DNA of 62,952 nt, counting the filler, from Stramenopiles sp. TOSAG23-6 (Eukaryota), in the NCBI GenBank assembly GCA_900128565.1. It is 11 parts of 11 records of this genome, joined end to end, with 100 filler letters (N's around TTAATTAATTAA, not from the genome) between each part and the next. Parts side by side here need not be neighbours in the genome. Positions count along the whole stretch, not along the records: positions 1 to 7,382 come from LT636570.1; positions 7,483 to 14,845 come from LT636571.1; 9 more parts are not named here. One strand, written 5' to 3'. Below, in pieces: positions 1 to 9,420 of this stretch. Every line of letters starts with the position of its first letter. Within the stretch, counting starts at the first letter, position 1. The notes beneath the pieces were generated by a model. It searched no databases. It had not been told where the DNA came from and was given only the letters and a program-made list of their open reading frames with translations. Made by a program: the position numbers and the translations under genes.

Positions 1-96
1 TATTTCAAAAAAAAAAACTTAAATTTGTTAGGTACAAAATTTTCAAAAAAAAAAACAATACATAATACATTCGAAATTAAAAAAAATAAAACATAC

Positions 97-3000
97 ATAA
101 CAGTCACCGATGGTTTTAATCTTTTCCACACCTAGGTCATCCGCAACTCGATCAAACTTTATAAACATCAAATTAAGCATTTTCACTAATTGAACAGCAG
201 AAATTGTTTGAGAAAACACAGTAAAACTGACAATATCAGCAAACAATATTGTTCCATGAGTACGCATTACTGTGCTTGACAGTGCTTCTGCACCACGTCT
301 GAGTTTCTCAAGCATCACACGGGGAATTGGAACTTTACCTAACAGACGATCAGTTTTAGCTTTTGTTTCAAGCATGAGTAATTTTTGATGGTCAAGCATC
401 CATTGTTTCAGGAAAGTTTTACGGTTGTGACGTTCAGCAGAAAAATCAGAAGATATTGAAACCATTGCAAGTGGAATCACATATTCTACAGTAATTGATA
501 TCCAATTATCATACCAATTTTCTCTACTTGAAGCCTCAGCATCTGGTAATTGAGCTTTGTACATTTGCCAATCATTATAACTTCGATGAGCATAAGCCCA
601 ATTACCAGCTGCAATCAATGCAATAGTCACCACGACTCCGTCAGCATGTGGAAGCAAAGTGAACGCATTGAGCGAAAATATCAACAACAAGACAAGGAAG
701 ATATAACTTCTTCCTGTAACTACAATCATCGCTACATGCGAAAATCCTATGAGCAGTACAAGTACGAATATGATGAACCACATAGATCTAAACCATATGT
801 ATTTTGAGAAAATATTTTTTTTTTAGTAAAAAAAAATGTTTTGTTAGGTATGGAATTTTCTACCAGAAAAATATTAAAATTAATTTTGAAAACGTACATT
901 CCACTACATTTTTCCATATTTTCAGTCACAGGGTCAATGATTGCATCTTTTTCTTCACCCTTTGAAGCATCATCAACTGTGCTCTGATTTAAACTCATTC
1001 TACTCTCCATTGAATTTCGTTTTTGTTGTAACGAAATTTCAATTTCATTATTTTCAGGAGATTCTTCATAAATTTCATCCAATCGAAGAGCTTCCCTCTG
1101 AGCTAAATGCATAACTGCAAGAAAGGCGACAATACATGGTGTAACGACAAAGCTCATAGTTCCTTCAGCAAAACGGACATCTGAACTGGACACCATGCCT
1201 ATAACTCCTTTTTTACTTGGCTCATCAATCACATCATAGTATTTATTATTCAAGTACGCTGCCATGGCAACTAACAAAATGTAGTATAATAACCAACCAG
1301 CAGGAGCACTAGAATAACATTGCTCTGCCAAGTAATCTCGGAAATGCTTCTCAATTTGATATAAATGTGCATATGCTTGATCAGCTGCACGGTCATCTGA
1401 ATGCAATGCTTCTTTTCCATTACACAATATAAACCAATTTGCTTGTACATAATAAAAAGCGGCGTGATAAGGTTGAATAAAAGCCTTATGTGCCCTAGAT
1501 ACGGCGCTTAATGATTTATCTTCTTGTTTGTATTTATCTCTAAAATAATCTTCATTAGCACGTTTATCGTCATGTTTACCTTCGCTAGAAGAAACGCTAC
1601 CTCTAACACCCAATTCTATTTCTACCTCGCCACCACCATGACGTGAGTCTCGCACTGTTTCGCCAACAGGCCTTGCTGTTGAAAACTCATCAGATGAACT
1701 ATCAGAATCTGAACCACTCGTCGCGCCTACGCAGAAGAATTTCGCAATACGCCGTTTCCAAGAAGGTGGAGATTTTGTATGTATATTTTTACTACTACCA
1801 GTATTTGAGACAGGAAGATTGTAATTGTCAAAACCATCTTGACTGTCATCAAAAAAGTTGCCATCAAATACGTCGTCAGATGATTGAGTGAAAAACTTTG
1901 AAAATCCTCGACGAACTTTATTTGATGTGGATGTAGAAGTAATTTCATTTGTAGTACATACACTTTCATCATTATTCTTTGAATCTTCATTATCATCAAC
2001 ATGAATCCATTTTGCAGAATTTCGTGAACTAATTGTATCGCCAGTACTCAATATACTCCCAGATCTGCTACCTCCAGTCGAAACGAGGAAGAATGTTTCC
2101 ATTTTACCCTTCCCCTTTACTTCAATTTCTCCACGAGATTGAACATTAAATTGTCCTTCTAATAATGCTGCTGTCTTTGGAGTTATTTGAATCCTTCCCT
2201 TTGGACAGTGACTATACATTCGACTGGCTGTATTTACTGTATCGCCAAACACATCAAAACAAAATTTACTCTTACCTATCACACCAGCAACTGCTTTCCC
2301 ACTGGCAATGCCAATCTTCCAAGAGAGGCCAGGTCGAGTCAAAATCTTTTCGACTATAGCAAGAGACATTGTAGCAACATTTTGAGCATGAAGAATTGAT
2401 GGTGATGGCATCCCGCCAGCAAACATATACACTTTTCCTATTGTCTTTATTTTTTCTACTCCATGTAACGTACACAAACGGTCAAAATCACAAAATAAAT
2501 CATTCAAAAAAGCGTGTTTTTGTCGAAAACCAGCTTCTTTACCCCCGTTTGCAGTTGTAGTCGCAGAATTAATACCAGACACATACGCAAAACCGATAGT
2601 ACAAGTTTCATATTCCATAGCAAGTTCTGTGAAAAATATTTTTTTTTTTTTTTTTTACAGAAAAAAAAAATCGTTAGGTACAAAAATTTTTTACCAAAAA
2701 AAAAACAAAATTGAAATAAATAATGAAAACGTACAACGGTATTACCTGCGTCAACTATCGCTTTCGTGATTTCAGGAGGTAATAAATTATTCAATAATAA
2801 ATCTGCAAATTCCTTTTCCTTTTGCATTGTTTGCATTTGGAGCAAAAATATTGTCAAAAATATTTTTTTTGTACAATTTGTTAGGTTATAAAAAGTCAAA
2901 AAAACAAATATTCGTTTTTTTTTTTGGTTTTTTGGTTTTTTGGTTTTTTTGGTTAGGTACAAAATTTCATAAGAAAAAAAANTAANTNAAAANTNCATTT

Positions 3001-4071
3001 TGAAAACGTACAATTTCTCTAGTCATTTTATGCCCATGTCTTTTTTTTGTGAGTACATACCATAATTGGCCAAGCATAACTACAGAGAATGTACCCTGTA
3101 TTTTGTGAAAATATTTCCAAAATTTTATTTTTTTGTTAGCCGTTATTTTAAGTATGAAATTTTGTATAATCAACAAATGAAATTGAACAACAAAACATTC
3201 TAAAAATTTGTTAGGTAGAAAATTTCGTATGTAAAAAAACAAACATACGAGGTATAAACATCGTTTTAAACGTTCTTTCCAGGTAAATTTATGAGGAGGT
3301 TCAATCCCGACAAAAAACAGAGAAGTTGATGCATATGTAATTAATATCGAAAGTGCACAAAGAGCAGCCATTTTAAAATCAAGACGGCTAAATGTATATA
3401 GTACAGCAACTAGAAAAATTAATACCGTATCGGCCAAACCTAAATAGCCACAAATCATTTCTGCAATCGTTACAAGAAGACCAAAAGAATAAAATAAAGC
3501 AAAGACCGCGCGGCGCTGAGTATGGTAACTAGAGAACCATTGGGATGATACAAACATATAGTATAGTAACCATAATAAGACCATGCAAACAAAAGCAACG
3601 GAAAAAGAAACGACAATTAAATACCCTCCATCTTCGGCCTCGCTCGCATACTTTTTTATGGCGGGGGATGCGATTACTGGAATCGCCAATATAGCCCCAA
3701 GAAGAACCCATGTATACTTTGTCTGATTCAGCCACTTTCGATGGCGATGTCCAGGCTGTTGCTTCTCTTGTTGGGTAGCAAGCCAGGCTTCCACGTCAAA
3801 GTTTTTTTAGGTGGGTAGAAAGAGCGGCATACTGTGCGCGACGGGACCTTTTTCCTGTTTTCGCTGCCAGCCAACCTCCGTCTAAGCTCACAACACCACG
3901 TCGACGACGACTACTGATACCACCACTAGTACTTCCCTGACGACGATAGCCTGCACTACTTCGGCGAGAACCATGGCGGCCTCTTGTAGAGGATAAGCTG
4001 CCGCGTACTTGACTGTGGTTCCCTAATGGTTCAAGTGGTTCAGCAACCATCGAATTAGATATGTTTTGCAT
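97..4071 (-). CDS. Membrane adenylyl cyclase with two class III catalytic domains (TM-cyclase-TM-cyclase), 3'-truncated at contig start
   Basis: VEKIKTIG, IGIASGKAVAGVIG, FDVFGDTVNTASRM in domain 1; TILFADIVSFT, VEKIKTIGDCY in domain 2; hydrophobic TM clusters. Inferred introns 3096-3248 (GT-AG), 2846-3011 (GT-TT), 2622-2734 (GT-TT), 797-897 (GT-AT), <1-96. A +1 frame break near 3796-3810. Confidence 0.85.
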
Positions 4072-4522
4072 ATAAAACACGGATAGTAATGTCTCAATAG
4101 GATTTCACAACCACTGAAATGATGTAATTATTTCAGCATTATAAAATTACACATGGCAATCAGAAAAATTGTGCTTCGATTGAGAATGTGAAGAAGAATT
4201 CTCTGATGATGATGACTGTATTGAGTACCTGTTCTCAATATACCCCTAACCCTTATATGACAGGCGCAGGGCTTAAAAAAAAACATTTTTTCGTGTTTCA
4301 AACTGTGTTGACCCCGACCACGGGTGTTTGATGTCGCCTGTCGATAAGCAAGAATAGATCTGATTCTAAATCTATAGCTTTATATAATATATAGTAATAA
4401 TATCATCAAAAAGTTTGGAGATAGTTGAATACTGCATCCATAGCGTAATTTCAAAACACTGGGGTTGCTGAGCAAAGCAGTATAATTTATTTTTTTTTGG
4501 TGTGTTGTGATTATTATTTACA

Positions 4523-6663
4523 ATGGGATTATGTGTCAGTAAGCAGCAAGACTGGCCAATAGGGACTCTCGATCATTATCAAAAAGACTCAGATTCTGTT
4601 GTAAAATTACTCTTATTGGGAGCAGGAGAATCTGGCAAGAGTACAATTTTCAAACAAATGCAAATATTACACAAGCCCGGTGCTTTTAAAGGTATTTTAT
4701 ATCATCAACAATTATACTCGTGTATTTTTTCGACCCTACATGAAGCATTTTATAATAACTCAAATATACTCTATTTTACTTATTTTTCTAAATACAGGAG
4801 CTTCCGCTAAAGCGTATGCCGATATTATTAGAGGAAATCTGCATAAAAACATGAAAGTTTTAGTCAAGGGTGCAGATAAGCTGGGTATCAAAGTGAATTC
4901 GGAAACAGCACTGAAGCAATATTTTTCAATTGATTCGAGGGGTGAATGGAGAAATGAATGGACAACAATGTTTAAGACGCTATGGAATGACTCTGGAATC
5001 CAAGAGGTGTATTCAAAACGTTCTCTACTTCAAGTGTCCGATTCTACAGCATATTATTTCTCTAATATTGATCGCATCGCATCTCCAGACTATTTGCCCA
5101 CTCAGCAGGATATTCTCCGCGCGCGGCATACGTTTTCATTATGAATTTTTTACTCATTTCGAACTAGTTTTTTTCATAGGAAATTTTGTACCTAACAAAC
5201 AAAATTAAATTATTGAAATATTTTTTTCAATGCATATAGGACTTCAGGAATTGTAGAAGAGCATTTTTTGGTCGGCGAGAATCAAAATGATTTCGCCATA
5301 TTTGATGTTGGTGGCCAGAGGAATGAACGTAGGAAATGTATGTTTTATTTTTTTCAATTTCTAATTTATTTATTTTTCATACGAAATTTTGTACCTAACA
5401 ATTTTTTTTTTTTTACGAAAAAAAAAAAAAAAATTTTTTTCACGAAACAGGGATTCATTGTTTTGATGACGTCACTGCGGTTATTTTTGTGGCTGCCTTG
5501 AGCGAATATGATGAAGTTCTCTATGAAGATCGACATCAAAACCGAATGGTTGAAGCAGTTCAACTTTTTAAAGAAATTGTAAATTGCAAATTTTTCTCTA
5601 AAACGTCAATGATGTATGTTTTATTTTTTTTCAAATTTGAATTTTGAATTTATTTTTTTTTTTATAAAAATTTTGTACCTAACAAATTTTCAAGATTTTT
5701 TTTTGAAATATTTTTTCCAAAATACATATTGTTTCTAAACAAACTTGATTTATTCCGAGAAAAAATTAAAACTGTCGATATAAAGCAACCCCTAGAACCA
5801 TGGAATAAGGACGAAGCCGAGGGAAATGTAATCGATGCTGAATTGGAAGGGACTCTTTCCCAGAGAAAAATTACACAGACTCGTCATAATGTGCGTTTTC
5901 AATAGACTTATATTTTTTATTTTTAAATACGAAATTTTNTACCNACACAAAAAAAAAAAAAAAAAAAAAAAAAAAACGTTTTTTTAATTTTTAATTTTTT
6001 TTTTCGCGCGAAATGTGGTGCCTAATTTTTTTTGTATCATTATTTTTCACAATACATGGTTTTTTTATGGATTATGACGGAGGTTGTGACGAAAAAGCTG
6101 GACTAAAATATTTTGAAAAATTATTCCGTAAACAAAACAAAAATCCAAACAGACAAATTTTCACGTATGCAACTACAGCAACGAATACAGAAAATATCAA
6201 ACATGTACGTTTTTTTTTCATACGAAATTTCATACCTAACGTTTTTTTTTTTCATCATTTCATCATTCATTTCAAATTTATTTATTTATTTTCAAAATAT
6301 TTCTTACTTTTAATTTTTTTTTTTAAGATATTGAGTTTTCTCATCATCATCATTCATTCATTTCAAATTTATTTTTTTCTTTTAATTTCAATTTGTTTTT
6401 TCAATTTCGATTTTTTTTTAATTTTTAACTAACAGATCAATCAAATTTTGAAATATCTTTTCACAGAACATGTATTTGAATCCGTACGTCAAACTTTAAC
6501 TGAAGATGATTTTAATGATATGTATGTTTTATTTTTTTAATTTCGAATTTATTTATTTTTCGTACGAAATTTTGTACCTAATAAATTTTAGTTTTTTTTT
6601 TGAAATATTTTTCCAAAATACATGGGTCTAGGAGGTACGGATAACCCCATGCACGCTTTGTAG
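4523..6663 (+). CDS. Heterotrimeric G protein alpha subunit, 8 exons
   Basis: MGLC lipidation start, [56 protein letters not shown], rebuilt across introns 4692-4797, 5128-5235, 5338-5450, 5614-5727, 5891-6057, 6205-6471, 6522-6623. Confidence 0.95.
5128..5235 (+). other. Non-canonical intron, AT...AT (G-alpha intron 2)
   Basis: ATACGTTTT start, GTACCTAAC motif, ends CAATGCAT; removal restores switch-I R-x-R-T-S-G. Confidence 0.75.
5614..5727 (+). other. Non-canonical intron, GT...AT (G-alpha intron 4)
   Basis: GTATGTTTT...GTACCTAAC...CCAAAATACAT; removal restores SMILFLNK. Confidence 0.9.
6205..6471 (+). other. Non-canonical intron, GT...AT (G-alpha intron 6), skips a CAG 5 nt upstream
   Basis: Removal restores NIKHVFESV; splicing at the CAG would frameshift. 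Confidence 0.85.
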
Positions 6664-6773
6664 GCTTTGTTTATTTGAAATTTGTATCCATTGTTTTATA
6701 AATTTGTAGTCATTGTTTTTATTTGAAATTTTTATATTTTATAAATTTGTAGTCATTCTTTTATTTGAAATTT

Positions 6774-7382
6774 TCATTTTCCTTTTTGCATTTCATAGAA
6801 CAACATATAAGCGTCGCGACCAGCCTGAAGTACTTCCGTGTCACTGACAATATATGACGTTGTATCAGAAACGAACATCCACATAAATTTATTTTCTTGT
6901 TCTGTCGAATGACATGCAGATTTTTCTTTTGGTAAAGAAATGCGGCGATATGTCATGAAATGTCCACCTAATGCAGAGCCTACGTGTACTATTACCGCAA
7001 TGAGATCATATCTTGAAGCACAACTACTCTTACAATAAAATCCACCATCGCAAAATGGGGTGATATCAAGTGTAGATGGAAAGTTGACAGATAATTCTAC
7101 TTTCTGAGAGTTATCAAATTGACACCGTTGTAGGTGAAAAACTAAAACTCGAGGAGTACATGTTTAGAAAAAAAATATTTCAAAAATTTGTTTTTTTCGT
7201 TAGCTACAAAATTTCCTAAAACAAAATAATAAATTTGAAATTAAAATAAAAACATACGAACAATCAAGAGTTGTTTTGTGGCACAACGGCGTACTGGCTT
7301 TGTTTTAGTACTTAACTTCTCATTATGCCCAGGTAACATTGAATTTTTCTCCTCATTATGCCCAGGTAACATTGAATTTTTC
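6774..7382 (-). CDS. Ubiquitin-specific protease, C-terminal part (USP30-like His box), 5'-truncated
   Basis: KQLLIVR|TPRVLVFHLQR, GGHFMTYRR, WMFVSD, AYMLFYE; GT...AT intron 7160-7257. Confidence 0.85.
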
Positions 7383-7482
7383 NNNNNNNNNNNNNNNNNN
7401 NNNNNNNNNNNNNNNNNNNNNNNNNNTTAATTAATTAANNNNNNNNNNNNNNNNNNNNNNNNNNNNNNNNNNNNNNNNNNNN
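7383..7482. other. Artificial contig spacer
   Basis: N44-TTAATTAATTAA-N44 (stops in all six frames). Confidence 0.98.
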
Positions 7483-8116
7483 AATAAAAATATGAAAATA
7501 TAAAAAAAAAAACGCAATTTCAAAAAAAAAAAAAAAATTGTAGAAATATGATTTTTAGGTACAAAATTTCGTACGAAAAAAAAAATTCTTTATTTTTGAT
7601 AATCTTCTATAGCAAAACCAACGATTCAAAATGAATATTTCGTTCAATATGGAATATACCGGTCGACTAAAGGTAGCCTATCTGATTGAATAAAACTTCA
7701 GTTCTATTGCGTAGGATAGTCTACCGCGAACACGGGACAGTCTAGTGGCTTGTAATTAATCACTGCGAAAATATCCAAGTATCTCTGAAGTACCTCCAAA
7801 TAAGCAGCTCTTGGAGCTTTACCACGCGTGTCAACTGCTTCCTTTCTTAGAGAATCTTGCGTATTGGGTCGATGTGAACAGAAGTTCCTTTGTGAACAAT
7901 AGCGTTTTGTTTGATCCTTCTGGACAATAATCTCCATTTCCCAAATTAATTTTCTGTTTGTTGTCACATTTTAATAATGATTTTTTCGGTACTTCAAGAA
8001 AAATTTCGTTTTTAGTAACGGATATTTATGTCGCATTTTGGTACGAAATTTTGGTATAGATTTCAAAATCTCAAACTGATTTATCCACAATTTCTTGAAA
8101 ATCTCCGTTGAAACGA

Positions 8117-8210
8117 CACGTGTCAGCATCACGTGTTTCAGAGCACCACGTGCCTGCACGTGGTTATCTCTTGCACAAAGAATAGTCTCGTAATAGAATA
8201 TAAACACGTG
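8117..8210. promoter_or_regulatory. Cluster of five CACGTG (E-box/G-box) sites upstream of the USP gene
   Basis: CACGTG at 8117, 8130, 8147, 8157, 8205. Confidence 0.55.
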
Positions 8211-8235
8211 CACAAGCAAGTACACAAGCAAGTGT

Positions 8236-9381
8236 ATGAACATGTCCACGAACATGCCCAACGGTAATGGCGCTAATGGATGCGTCAATAGGTTGGAAAC
8301 GTTACTAAGAAAGTGCGATCCTGAAAAAACTGACCGATATATACTGTCAAGCTGTTCAGTCGATAAGTTGCGCGAAATACAGAGTAGCCTATGTGAACTA
8401 GCGCACGAAGTTCGCCGCCAATCAAAGCACAAAAAGAAAAAAACGCGAAAAAAAAGAGCATCGTACTTATCTAGGGCTGATACTGCGTTACTCTATATCC
8501 GTGGAAGACTGAATGAGCTGTCCGTCAACTCAAATTGCGTAAGTTCAAGAAATTTTTATCAATAATTTTTTTTGTACGAAATTTTGTACCTAACGAATTT
8601 AATTTTTTTTTGAAATATTTTCTCAAAATACATGAAAATTGTATTAGTCCAACAGCAACTAACCCTAAAACCCCAACAGCAACTAACCCTAAAACCCCAA
8701 CAGCAACTAAAAAAACCCCAACTAACAAAAGAGGGTCTCTTAAAGGGTTAACACCAGAAAGGCTACTCTCGTCACCGTGGATTTTTTTTTTAATATCTTT
8801 TTTTTTTTTTTTCATGCAAAATTTTGTATCTAAAAAAATAAAAATTTCAATATAGATTAAAAATACAGGAGAAAAAAACGAAGATATACAAATGAAATAA
8901 ATGCAGCAGCAGCAGTATCATCAGTAGCAGCATCAGTAGCATTCGCAGCACCACCACCAAAACGTAACGTAAAACCAAAACGTAACGTACGGTTTCTTTT
9001 TTTATTTTTTTATTTTTTTTACATATTTAATTTTTTTCAATAATGTTTTATTTTTTTCTAAATTTTATACCTAACCTAAAAAAATACAAGTTTAAATATA
9101 CATTCAAAATATATATCTTGGAACGTTTTCGTCAAGCTCGCCAAAATAATAAAAACAAGAACAAAAAAAATAATAGTCCAAGAGTACCTGCTAAAAAACG
9201 AGTTAAAGGGTTAACTCCAAATAGGCCAACGTGGGTTTTTTTTAATATCTACGTTATTTTTTTTCATTCAAAATTTTGTATCTAAAAAAATAAAAATTCA
9301 ATATAGATTAAAAATACAGGAGAAAAAAACCAAGAAATACGAATGAAATAAATGCAGCAGCAGTAGCAGCATCAGCAGCAG

Positions 9382-9420
<39 letters not shown>

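Noticed and set aside
4258-4345. Possible RNA hairpin (GACAGGCG…CGCCTGTC) between the cyclase and G-alpha
   Set aside because: Only an 8-bp closing stem and no recognisable snRNA, tRNA or snoRNA motif
5612-5725. Reading the introns as classical U12 AT-AC by shifting 2 nt
   Set aside because: Works only where AT is duplicated; it fails for 5338-5450 (would destroy the conserved Trp) and 32341-32459 (no AC), and U12 consensus motifs are absent
7704-7967. Short minus-strand ORF upstream of a family intron
   Set aside because: No recognisable motif, and stops separate it from the intron
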